Origin: Laetmonice hystrix | Lineage: Eukaryota | NCBI GenBank assembly: GCA_965235115.1 | Contig: OZ249448.1 | Coordinates: 18,166,001-18,230,000 of the forward strand | DNA length: 64,000 nucleotides | Direction: 5' to 3' | Shown: piece after piece, positions 51,783 to 64,000 of the stretch | Position numbering within the stretch: the stretch's first letter is position 1 | How the letters are laid out: every line of letters begins with the position of its first letter | Position numbers and translations under genes: made by a program | Notes under the pieces: model-generated | What the model was told of the DNA's origin: nothing | Seen by the model: only the letters and a program-made list of their open reading frames with translations | Database searches by the model: none

Positions 51783-54700
51783 GGAGTGACCCCTGTAGAA
51801 TGACGCAAATTACGTTACCCGGAATATATAAAATAATAAATAATATATAATATAAAAAAGGTATGAAATAGGCTTGAATCATGTGGTGACATGTGATGTA
51901 TTGCTGTATATCGGGATACCGGTCCTATCGACCTGCTAGGGGTGAGGGGGTGGGGGGGGGGGTGAGATAGGGTTACATTCATAGTGGCATAATATGAGAT
52001 GTAAAGAAGCTCTTGCTCCAACAAAGCGTACTACACGAGATCTTTTTTCACATACTTAAGGTGGCTGCAATTGCTAGCATTTGATAAATTTGAAAAAGAA
52101 AAGCATGCTTAGAAAGAAGAAAGTGTGCCTCATGACTTGAATTTAAAGTATATACTAAATATCAATAATAAGATTCTTTGATAGCAGGTTCATTTGACTT
52201 TATTGTATTTTCGCGTACCGTAATCAATTTCTGAAAGCCATTAAATGTAAACTGGATTATTGGATTGACCAAGGTCATACAAGATGACTTAATAAATCAC
52301 ATTTTCATAAGGAGGTAGCTGGTCATCTTTTCCCCATGTCCCTAGTTGGATAATGAAATCCCAACAGGTCATCGGAAGTTTTCACTTCAATCACGCAGTC
52401 CGAGCTCCAGAGGCTCGACAGATCCTATTGTTCTAGACTTTTTATGGCGATGCATCAGCACGTGAGGCTGTGGGCCAGAGCCCCCATCACTTCATTCCGG
52501 GGCGGTGGTGGAGATGGTGAAGGGGGGGGGTAGTAAAAAAAGGTGGTCAGGAACCTGCCGAGACGCCATCACAATCACCCCGGGGGATGGCGTCTTATCG
52601 ACAACCCCAGCCACGCATTAACCAAGGTCATCGCGACCCAAAAATTCCGGAGGGGGGGGGAGTTAGCAGGATCCGGGGTTAGCTCTTTCTCCTCTTATTC
52701 AGAAAATGGGGGGTGGGGGCGAACAATAGAAGACATCCGTCGTTATACCACTGACACGCTGACTTGGCCACCAACAGGAAGTGTGTGCAGGCAACATGAC
52801 TGGGATCTTACAGTCCCGGCGGACATCACGCGACCAAAGTGTTCCTTCCAAGTCCGTATATAGGTGACAGAGTATATACATTATTCGAATGACACTGTAG
52901 CTATATCTGAATCGTTTCTCTGAAGTAGGTGTTTACTATGATTTCCATCCTCTTCCTAATGACACTTAAAGAAATATTTCAATGACTGATGCTTACTGTG
53001 AAAGGCCATGCTCCACTGTAGACAAAAAAGACGACCTGAAATGTAAAGTTTGGCAAAATTAGAGCTAAGTACATAGGAGGTATATAGCTGTGCCTGGTCG
53101 AATTTAAAACTCAGGAAAGCCCTTAACGACTTGAAAGGAGACACTTGAAGAACCTCGCCTATCAAGGGAACTCTCAGAGGTATGCGCTCAAATAGGTTGA
53201 CCTTTGGTATCAATTAGTGCGCTGGCACGCTACCATCGTGGAGCCACGTGAGGACAACCCAAGATTGGTTGATATTATTCGGGCCTGTTTAACCGTGCAT
53301 GCCTGAGGGCGTGTGTGTGTGGGGGGGGGGGGGGGGTGACCTTCGTCGTTATCTTGGTTCAGGCATAGAAAGTATGTGATAACATACATACTCTTTATAT
53401 TGAGAACGGTGAAACTAAATACGAACCTAAGGTTCATGTCCAAACTTCTAAACTTCACACGGGTATGTATTTCAATGTAGAGTACGCCAGTGACAAATAC
53501 GGGAACTAACATATGCCTATTTAATTGAGCTGAGATTCCAACGAATTTAGTATACCAAACTTTAAAACGCATATAGTCTCGGTCTATTTGCCTGTGAGTT
53601 ATCCTTTGGGACAGTATATACGAAACGTTTTTCGCATGAATGATTGATTATTTATATCAGAATGTATTAGCAATATATTTTTCTACCTATTACTCGCCCT
53701 TTATTATGAAGAATTGAATATGTAAAAGTATTAACTACTGCTTACGGCTTTTCTCATGTGAAAGCTCTTTTGTAAACAACTCCGTGGGTATCAAATAAGG
53801 GTAATGTCGTATAATGTTATAACACGCTTACTGCTAATGGTTGGCTGTGAATACAGTGGTACCTCGACCATGCGTCGTGGCTATCGCCAACTCGGCAAAG
53901 TACTGCCTTTCATACGCAACCCAAACATTGCTGAAGTGGTCCTCCCATCACAGGGACATGCGAGCTTTGGATATCAAAGGTACGTATGTTCTTTCAAGTC
54001 GCTTATCTATGCTTAGGCGTGTTTTGTGACTATGAAAAAGGTTGCATTATTTGAAAGAGCCCTTCTTGATCAAAATAACACCAAAGACCGGTAACTTGAT
54101 AGGAAGAAAATAGCATCACATGGAAAAAAGGGAAAGACAGGTGACAACACACGTTGGGATTGATGCGTGAATGTAAAATGACGTACAACCGTATGTAGAT
54201 AGTAGAATATATAGAAACTAGGGTATCATTATCATCAATATCTGCCACTAAACCAATACAAAATCTAGGAATTAAAGCTTCCTACAACCTATCAGTTGGA
54301 AGGATGATACCCACTCTGCAGTTTGTGCTTCTCCTCTATCTCTGGCCCTGAACATAATAAGACTCATCCTTGAAGTGAAAATCGGAGGAAAACTCCGTAG
54401 GGAAAATCGCATTGGTCAGTCATGCGCTGATTGCATTCATATGCAAGAAAAATGAAACTAAAAGACGTCAGAAATCTTTTAACAGAAGGCAGCGGCGGTG
54501 TCCAAGCTGGCCGTGGACTGAGCCGACCTGAGGCGGCCTGGTACGGCGTGGTCAGGAGAGCCATCGTTCAATAACAGACCGCAGCACGTGACAGCCGCAC
54601 GCGACGACAAACAGAGGGCACGTCTCCGCACGAGGTGTACGTCGTCTGCTTCTAATCGACGTCAGTTTGTCGAACGTGCCGCACCAATTACACACACACA

Positions 54701-54950
54701 CTAACGGTCAAGCAGCAATGTCGACCTCATGACCTGCACTAAGTCGGCGATCTGACCACAGAAGAGGGTTTCCTGTCTGTCTCTGACTCGTAAGTCTATA
54801 GACATGGACAATAGCAGACCAGAGTGTACGGTACGCCGAGCGGCAGCATCTCAAGCTTACACACAAAGTTTAGTGCAGCAATCCACGTGGACGTTAACGA
54901 AGTAGGCACACATAGGGGAATGACAGAGTATTTCAGACATCACGTAATAT

Positions 54951-55264
54951 TAGGGAGCCCAGTTGGGGACATGAAGAGAAACAATTTTGTGGTGATCTCG
55001 AAATTACCACTTAGTGAGTTAATGACGTCACTAAATCGTTATTACGAGTTAATCGCGTTCGTTTCAGGGGAAAATTTTTTTTAATGACGCCACTAAGTGG
55101 TAATTTCGAGATCACCACAAATTTTTTCTCTGAAACGAACGCGATCTCATAATAACGACTTAGTGACGTCATTAAGTCGTAATAACGAGTTAATGACGTC
55201 ACTAAGTGGTAATTTCGAGATCACCACAAATTTTTTTCTCTTCATGTTCTCAACAGGCCCCGTA
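54951..55264. mobile_element. 314-bp foldback MITE, IS3EU-like
   Basis: The left end TAGGGAGCCCAGTTGGGGACATGAAGAG matches the revcomp of the right end, TACGGGGCCTGTTGAGAACATGAAGAG. A perfect 6-bp direct repeat TAATAT lies at 54945-54950 and 55265-55270. TAY..RTA ends with a 6-bp TSD are the described IS3EU signature. Confidence 0.7.
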
Positions 55265-55400
55265 TAATATAGATGCGCCATTTTTTCTTTTGATTAGATG
55301 CAGTTATTAGAACGTGTACAGGCCCTTATTTAAGTACATGTGTATTTCTAAACATACTATTTTTCATTTAGAGGTCAATAGACCAGTGAATGAGGTTTGG

Positions 55401-55661
55401 GCGTTGGGTTATCAGTATAATAACGTAAAGTTTGAGAGCGTTGGGTTATCAGTATAATAACGTAAAGTTTGAGAACGTTGGGTTATCAGTATAATAACGT
55501 AAAGTTTGAGAACGTTGGGTTATCAGTATAATAACGTAAAGTTTGGGAGCGTTGGGTTATCAGTATAATAACGTAAAGTTTGGGAGCGTTGGGTTATCAG
55601 TATAATAACGTAAAGTTTGAGAGCGTTGGGTTATCAGTATAATAAACGTATAGTTTGAGAG
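55401..55661. repeat. 37-bp minisatellite, 7 copies
   Basis: GCGTTGGGTTATCAGTATAATAACGTAAAGTTTGAGA repeats every 37 bp. Confidence 0.97.
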
Positions 55662-57387
55662 CTGTGAATATTTAACGTCAGGCCGGCACCACCAGATCAG
55701 TGATTGACAGCTTGATGTTACTGGTTGCGTGTACATCTCTCGGATGTTTGTCGAAGCTCCAGCATCGTGTAAGATTGCTTGAACAAATGATGTGCACGTT
55801 CAAGCAGTGATACTTGCAAACGATGCTAATGAATTTGCTTTATTCGTACGTGCGTGCAGACGGTAGAGTACAAGCGAGACGCCATGGGACGTAGGCTAAC
55901 AGCCATCGACGTCAGCGTGTCCCCTGCGTGAACGGATTAAAGCTTTGTTAACAAAGCCAAGCTGTTGCACAACGGGAGATTAAACCGGAGGAAAATCATT
56001 ATGGTTGTTAATTTTTCCCATCGACGTTTAACAAGCCGTAAATCAGTGGATACATGCAGCTTTCACTGGTCTACTTATCGACAAGTTCTACCGCTCAGAT
56101 TCGTCTATAGAGTCTATAACTTGTGTGTGGCATTGGATAAAAAGAGAGTAATATTTCTAGAATGAGTGTCAAAAGGTGCCCAGTTCCATAGAGTTTGTAT
56201 AGACGCCCGCATTGATCCAAGACATCCGGTCACGTGATCATCGGTGTTTCCTCTCGCTATTAACCAGAACATTTTGTACATTTGTATTTCCATTATAAAC
56301 AATGGTGTAGGCCTACCCGCGAGGCTTTCTGTAAAGATTTAAAGTCATTCATAACCACACAGAGGTGTGTAATATGTATATCTGCCAATCAACATCAGTC
56401 ACTAAATCAGCTTCAACCCAGCCTCCATGCTGATAAAGATAAGGATCGTACATGACGTAAAACGGAATGACCCCAGTCGTGCAGTCTCCTGCCCCTATTA
56501 GACGCTTCATGCCAGGGAGTTATCACTAAATGACGAATTCTAATTGCCAGGGTATCTAAGGACATGCGTGTTATCCATATTAGGCCGAGTCAGCCAGGAT
56601 TTCCCGCTGCAAGATGCCGTGTTTCGCTTTAAGTCCCTTCCGAGAAATATAATTATCAATTTCCGATGAATATGGTGACACACTTGTTTTGGTACTTCTA
56701 TTTTAGTTTCAATTCTTTATTACCATCAGGCCATTGTCAAATATTTGAAGCTCAAATTCCAGCTAGTGGGATGACACAACTAATGAGTCGGGCTGAATAT
56801 AGTCACGGAGGGTGAATCTACAGCTCGACAGCATACTGTGTGGTAGAACAGAGAGATAGAAGAAGACGGATAACGTGTTGTTCTGATGCATTGTAATGTA
56901 TCACATGCTACCAGAGAGCAATGTAATTAAACATGGCGGTCTGCGTGGGACATGACTGGAGGCGTTGATGAAACAGATGAGCAGACGACAATTACGGCCC
57001 AATATCCCGTCTTGGTGCGTCTCAATCACTCTCCACTTCCCATGACCCTCTGCGGCGTGCTGCCTCACCGGCAGACAATACCTCGTATGTCAAAATGTTT
57101 CATAAACAATGCATCTTCACCCACTGAGGCTCAATTAGCGAGGGGATAAAGGGCATGTTCAACTATCATATGTCGTAATTAGAAAAACACATTTTCACAC
57201 ATAATTAGAAACAGTGATCAGTAATGAGAAACAACGGAAGGGATCGACTTCTAATTGACCAAACATGAAATCCATGACCTGTTGTAACTGATTCCAACTC
57301 CATTTGTTTCCAGGAGTAGAATCTACCGTCTTCTGCTCTTTATAAGTAGGTCTTCCTTACACATAAATCTAAGCAAGAGGAAGGGAT

Positions 57388-57787
57388 TCGTTGAAGCCAC
57401 ACCTTCATGATTCATAAAGACTATGTATCGTTGAAGCCACACCTTCATGATTCATAAAGACTATGTGTCGTTGAAGCCACACCTTCATGATTCATAAAGA
57501 CTATGTGTCGTTGAAGCCACACCTTCATGATTCATAAAGACTATGTGTCGTTGAAGCTACACCTTCATGATTCATAAAGACTATGTGTCGTTGAAGCCAC
57601 ACCTTCATGATTCATAAAGACTATGTGTCGTTGAAGCCACACCTTCATGATTCATAAAGACTATGTATCGTTGAAGCCACACCTTCATGATTCATAAAGA
57701 CTATGTATCGTTGAAGCCACACCTTCATGATTCATAAAGACTATGTATCGTTGAAGCCACACCTTCATGATTCATAAAGACTATGTG
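57388..57787. repeat. 40-bp minisatellite, 10 copies
   Basis: TCGTTGAAGCCACACCTTCATGATTCATAAAGACTATGTR repeats every 40 bp. Confidence 0.98.
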
Positions 57788-60700
57788 TCATTGTTTACGG
57801 AAGTATCAGATCATAACAAAGCCATGAACTAAAGTCAACCAATACTCTTTCTGTCAGCCACACGTGTATAGGTCCACCTCAAAACTGAAATGTTATTCAA
57901 ATTCTAGCACGAATTGTTGTTGCAATTATACAAGGGCCAGGCTATAATCATATACATTTTGGGAGAGGGAGTGTCTTGGTTCAAGAGTAGCTGGTGACTG
58001 TAGTTGCTCATTAGATACTGGAGGGATGAATGGGCGGAAATCGATCCAGCAAGATCAGGGAAGCGTCCCCGAGTGGCCACAGGTTAGTAGACTTTGTCTA
58101 AGGGTGGACGCGATGATTTATCGATTACCCACTCCATCCATCGGCTGAGCACGCCCGCCCTGCGGCCATCTATCAAAGATTGGCCCCGTGGTATCCATCA
58201 ACTTAACTCAATGCGCTCCGCCAACACCCATATAACCACGCTCTCTTGCCCAACTTCGGCCAACTCCGCCAACGTTTACGTTATTTTGCAAGGCGGAGGA
58301 ATATTACCTAGAAAACTAGGCCGAGTGACCATTTCCTTGATAGACAGGGACATGAGGGCGTGACATGGTCTCTGAGCACCGACGAGGATATGGCAATGGT
58401 ATTTTAGGGAATGTTAAAGGAGTGATTTGGTACTGACCACTTGACTGACCACCTGATTAGATTTAATCTCTACAAGCTGTACACCTCGTCCGTGGGCCCT
58501 TCCTGCCAGGACCTATTCAATGGAGTTTCCGGCGAACAACTGCACTCCTCTTCACGTCACGTTAAAGAAAACAGATTTATCAGTGAAGGCAGGCGAGCGA
58601 CATGAGTCGGCTGAAGAACAGACATGCAAGCACATGGCTCCCCCTGCCGGCCAAACTAACATACACGGTAGCTTATACAATACAGCGACAACTTTAATCA
58701 TGGCCGATTTGTTGTACCCTTTCAGGTTTTAATCGGATTCGCATGAAGTTCGTCAGATTTTAATTTGTTCAGTGTTTTGAATTGCGTTTGCTATTTTTTC
58801 TTTTGGTAAATTACTCATGCGATTTCTTCATTAATGTATCTTATACAAAAAATCGATTAATTCAATAAAAACTACAACAAAATGTAAGAGTGGATGTTTC
58901 CTCTATTGAATTCAGATATCCTCTATGAAATTAGATCGTTTTCAATACATGTTCCCACCTATAATTTACGATTACTAAGTATCTTGCAAGTCCTCAGCTC
59001 TGCCCCCCGGAAATATTTACCAATAATGACGGCGTTTCTTGTCTCACCTAACCAGTGGAGTCTAGCCACCGAGATCAGTGGGCTGACAATGATTATACAA
59101 CTGGAGATGTGAGCAGGGGTCGACTCATCCACCTTCTCGTTACTGGAGGCAGCAGTCAGTCTCCAGGGTAACAAAAGAATGCCCTGCTATCTGATAGGTT
59201 TACACAAACCTGAGAGGCCGAAAGTATGATTACCCTTGACCGTGAGACTGCGAGTAGGGTCGGGGAGGGGAGGGTAGTTACAGCGATAACCCAAACATCT
59301 TCTCCCAAATCGCCCGATCAGGTAAAGGCACCGAATCCCGCCAGTCTGTCGTGTATCACCCATTAAAGATCATCCTGAAATCTCTCTACAAGTGTAATTA
59401 CTCGGACTTGGTTTTCTATGATATAGAAAGGCACCCCACAGACTGCACTGGGAGGATCAGTCGGTCCGTGTTTTGGGTCAGGCTGACCAGAATGTCCGCC
59501 TTGAAACGTGACTGACTGATTGGTTAGTGTGGTGACCTCCACGGGCTGGCTCAAGGTCACGACACTCTCATTGCCTCTAACGTTGCCCGGTCGGTTATCG
59601 ATCGCCTATAGATATCGTCTTGGTGCGGGCTTAGATTGTGTCGGTGTCCTGTAGCCATGCTCCGTAGGAGTCAGGGTGTGGTTGCCTGCAAATTTACCGC
59701 TACCTAAATCCTAGTGAGTGTGCCCAACACAGAACAACATGTCCCAATACGACACTAGCAAATCTTTATGACGGCAGCATCTTGGCGACAAAAAGTCGCG
59801 TTTTTCATTCCTCGCAAGGGAAACATAAGATCTGCTTCATACGTCTGGCAGCCGGTGGAAGCTAAACCACACCTTGCAGTGTGCCGAAACACTCTGAGGT
59901 TGTCTGGTATGACGTATTTTCGAAATTGATCAAAGCCAAGATCATATAATACGAGGGAGATGCTTATCAAAGTACATTATTAGCAAGTTATTTTTCGAGG
60001 GGGGAAATATAATAGCGTTCATATTATAGATATTATTATACACCGACACTGTGATTGATGTAAGAATTCGATACATGTCATATATCTACCCGCTATGTAT
60101 ATTTTTATAGGGCCACTCGCCGCCAAACGTCTACTGAAGACTCAAACATTTGTTATGAGTCGAGTTGATTCCTTGGTGAAAATGTATGAATGGATAACAA
60201 CGGCTGAAATTCGGATGATGTTGGAGAGAAAGAAAACGGGGCTTTCCCCATGGTTACCCCCCCCCCCCCCCTCCCACTTAAAAGAAATTCCTGAATCCAC
60301 CCTTGTGGCCATCAAGTGTTTGAGAAGTGCCGCTGGCGAAACAACAGCATGGAGGCAATCTGCAATAACGTGACCACCGTCCCGTCAGGCATACTTAGAG
60401 ACATTGGGCTGAAGGATCACAGGTCCCGACTAACTCGTAAACCAGTTACTGGAATTTGTATGAGACATAAAGGCTGAAAGTATTTACTTCCTCCCGTCCG
60501 CCATGCTAGCGGATGGTGCTGGCCTTATCCTGGTCGCTATCTCCACATGGTTCGGCAAAAGGCGATGCGATTTGATTTCGCATCTGGGCATGATGGTTCC
60601 CAGGAGAACAGTTTTATATACACTATAATATCCAGTCAGTCTTGAATTCTTTCCTATTATATAAAGTTACTCATCACCAGAATCATTTGCTTTATATGAT

Positions 60701-61739
60701 ATAGTGTATATTATGATAGTGTAGGCCTCGGTGCAGCTGTACGTTAAGTGTTAATTCCTCCTTGTTGAAGTAATATGTTTCTGACTGCAATTGCCGTGTG
60801 ATTCGGCACTCTGGCTTTGGGGGGGGGGAGCAATGAGACGTTTATGCGAAACTAACGGAATAGACAGTTTAGCAAGAGGCGGAAGCAAATTAAGCAGATT
60901 TTATCAGAAATGCTTTCCCATGATCACTAGAACTTTTTAAATTACTATAAATCGTTCTTTATACAACTGTGACATAACATTCTCCATTTTTTTCACGTTG
61001 GCCTCAAGTTGCAAGTTTGCCTCTCTACAACTACAATTGGGACATGGCGAGTATTGGAAAAACTTGACAGTACCGCGCCCAACTTCTTGACCTTTTCGAC
61101 ATCTGGCATCAAAGATGCGACTTTAAGTCCCGATACACGCGACCAGCAAGAAATCGCAGAGGGAAACCTGTCAAAATTCGCTGGAATCTAAGTATTCCTC
61201 CGAGAACGTACGCAGCAGGCCCTTATACTTTATAGAAACCTACAACAGTCAGGTTGACAGGTCATGCGCCCCAAGAAGCCCGTGTTTAGACAGGTACCGA
61301 CATGGAGCATGCAAACGGATGGACAAACGACATCGGAAGGGAAATCTTCCGTCGTGTTCCACACAACCGATGGGGCAACATTGTTGGCCCCTGAGAGGCC
61401 TGCCTTTCCCCTTTGTGTCACTTTTGTTGGTCCTGTTGTCGTTATCTAGGCACGCCATTGGCTGCAATGACGGTCCGCTGGTAGCCCAGCTACAGGAGAC
61501 CATCGAAGAGCTGTTCACAAGGCCGAAACTGCTGTCGATATACTCGTTGTACTTGATAACTACATGTCGACCGTGGTCTGCGTCAATATACCAGCCGGCC
61601 AAACACGTCAGAACGTCAACTGTCTACCAGTTCTGCCTGATTTACCGTTTGCCAGAGCCCACATGCCATAGAAAGTCTATGGAAGGCGCGTTCGTGAGCA
61701 GAACCCGGATGTGGGATGGTCGTCTGCTGCTAAGTGGAA

Positions 61740-62392
61740 CTGGCGCGCAAACCGTTCGGGGCTTAAATTATATCGACGTTGGCATTCCGGCCCTATTCAA
61801 ATCCACATCTACCAACGAAGACCGATCGGGTCGACTTGTTCTTTAGGAAGAACGTCAATAAAATAACACATCATAGTCGACTGAGGTCGGCAGGAACTAG
61901 AGAGCTTTCAAGGAAAAGAGTTACACAAACTATAGTTGCCTCTAGAGTGTTATTCACAAAGGAAGGTTCTTGCGATCTATACTCTCAAAATAGTCACGGT
62001 TCACTGGACAAAGTCTTCGGACAACGGGGAATATGTATTGTATAGCGTGAAATATCCCCATAAGGTAGAGGGTTCAGAAGTTGGAGCTGAGTTAATCTAC
62101 GGACCTTTTGTTTGCTTAACTGTCGTTCAGAAGTGGCTCGGTCGTGCTCTCTGCTCACAGACCAAACCAGTCCATTCGCTGTCACGAACGATTGGGACGC
62201 TATTCGATCAAGGAAAGCCGAGCAAATATGGTCCCGAATGGCAGCAATACTGCTCCGAGAACTGCACCACACAAGTGTGGTCTGTGTACTCTCATGTTGT
62301 CTTCTGGAACAGCTTAGTAGACGAAGAACTACGGTCATGCAATCTATGTAAAGCTAGTCTCGTGTTGGTCATCATGTGAATGAATGATTAGC
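61740..62392 (+). mobile_element. Possible decayed 3' end of a CR1/L2-type LINE
   Basis: ORF 61936-62379 ends NCTTQVWSVYSHVVFWNSLVDEELRSCNLCKASL, resembling the CR1/L2 terminal motif FFS.RVV..WNSLP..VV.A.SL..FK..L. It is followed by GTGAATGAATGA, a short (TGAA)n-like tail. Upstream frames only loosely resemble LVRP.LEY/W.P motifs. Confidence 0.3.
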
Positions 62393-62839
62393 ATTCACAT
62401 TGAAATTTTATGGGTCCAATATATTATACTAAATAACAATAAGTGGCTGGCAACGAATGTGTTGTCAAAACGGTTTATATGTCGAGTATCGGGAGTCGTG
62501 AAATAGCGTAAAAACCAATTCACTATTACAATTACGACTTTTTGTAAGGAAGCCCATGAGGGACTCCTCTGTTTAGGATTAAACACAACAGACTGATACA
62601 AAATTTATTAGAATAGGCCGAAACCTAGCAGCTCTGCCCTGCAGGAAATTCAAATAGACTATGAAACTGCCGCAGCATGCCGTGGGAAACCTTTGGGTTC
62701 AAGCAGAAGCATGGTTGACCGGTGGGACACTCATCACGGCAAACTGAATCATCACGTGACCATTGGAATGCTCCTTTGTAGATCATGCTCTCCGATACAC
62801 GGATTGGTTAAGGGACGGTTTCCAAAGTTTAGGTACTTC

Positions 62840-63006
62840 AAGGACCGTAGCTAGCCCACAAAATCAGAGGAGGCATTTTAGGTGCCAATTCGGAGGGTGG
62901 GAGCAGGGTCATGCCCCCGGAATATTTTTAAGGAGGTGACGGTCATAATTGGCCCAGAATCAGAGGAGGAGACTGCCTCCTCAGCCTCACCCTGGCTACG
63001 GCCCTG
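62840..63006. mobile_element. ~167-bp hAT-like MITE
   Basis: The left end AAGGACCGTAGCTAG matches the revcomp of the right end, CAGGGCCGTAGCCAG, at 12/15 positions. ACTTCA is on both flanks (partial TSD). An internal direct repeat is AATCAGAGGAGG x2. Confidence 0.5.
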
Positions 63007-64000
63007 ACTTCAGAGATAACCAGAGGCCTACCCCGTTAGGAAATTAAAAAAGGTACTTTTTACTCTCCTTTCTTACAAAATAATCCTTAATATAGTTATT
63101 TTTCAAGGGGGATCCGGGATATTTGGAAACCCCTCCTGGAGACGCCACTGCTAGGTACATTGAGCTAGCTCAGCTTGCGTTCCTTAGGCCCAGTTCATGG
63201 TTCGATGTCGACAAACTGGAAGCATAGAAGACAAGAATCCACCGTGTACAAATTGCTCCAGTGAGGCTTGAAATGAACTCTCTTGTATCAAGAAAGCTCC
63301 TGTCATCTGAACTTTCTGAAGCCACCTTGGCAACGTTTCAATTCGTGAAAGGGGCAGTGTGGGTTGCGACCTGGGGGAACTATCCCTGTAGAAATGCACA
63401 CATCTGTTGCCATGGAGAAGTGCAGCGGCCTTGTAGATTTGGTTAATATACGGCTCCCTTAAAAAGAATACCTGCAGTGAACGACCGCCTTCTCGTCCCG
63501 GCAGACGGCAGCTCGAATAACGTTGTAAAGGTGACGTCACACGTTTGCAGGCGCAGACAAGAGGGGGAAATGGAGGCGAGAAAGGCCATGTACGTCAGAG
63601 TTCATAGGCCAGAGGGTCTTGTATTGGAGTTAACCGTCCTGGAAAATCTGAAAACGCACAAAATTGATGAAATGGGTAGATTGCTCAGGCCTGTATCAAC
63701 ATGTTGTAGACACATGATTGAATGTTTTCGACGGCTGGGGAAACTGTCCAAGTCGGCCATCACGATCGACCGAAGGGTTTGATAACCACCTAGCCTAGAC
63801 TCACAAGGATGAACCTGTCTGGCACGTAGACAACATCAACAAATCATCATGTGCACTGACGCTTTTGTTGTTGTCCTTGATAATGATTATCGTCACATTC
63901 AAACACGCTGAGAACGTGTGGTTTGTGGATCGACTCTGGCGGCCTCTGGCGGAAACGATTCGACTAAATGCGAGCATCACGTGGTCCAGATGGTGACCGG

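Noticed and set aside
61319-61846. 175-aa ORF with a signal-peptide-like hydrophobic segment
   Set aside because: There is no recognisable domain or splice support, and it overlaps a region better explained as decayed TE sequence.
63477-63782. LTVLENL resembling an ABC-ATPase motif
   Set aside because: No Walker A/B or LSGGQ motif is present, so this is a chance heptapeptide.

Overview
This is gene-poor animal genomic DNA, most likely from a protostome/lophotrochozoan invertebrate (inferred from the innexin type). It is not prokaryotic: I found no operons, CRISPR array, rRNA or tRNA. The only securely identifiable protein-coding gene is an intronless 415-aa innexin (gap-junction protein) on the minus strand at 16517-17764. 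About 1.35 kb upstream on the same strand is a coding-looking 77-aa acidic ORF ending in a cysteine cluster (CLMCMCCICC*). It is the best candidate for something undescribed, possibly a lipid-anchored microprotein co-transcribed with the innexin. The rest of the window holds seven large minisatellite arrays (37-97 bp units, roughly 8% of the window) and short non-autonomous DNA transposons (MITEs) whose ends point to at least five superfamilies (MULE, CMC/EnSpm, Harbinger, Tc1/pogo, IS3EU). It also holds a convergent (CTG)10/(CAG)18 pair, microsatellites, long C/G homopolymers, a few very decayed TE-like coding remnants and a 183-nt assembly gap. Most other ORFs in the track look like chance or repeat-derived ORFs. 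All family assignments come from motif and terminus recognition by eye; no database searches were run.
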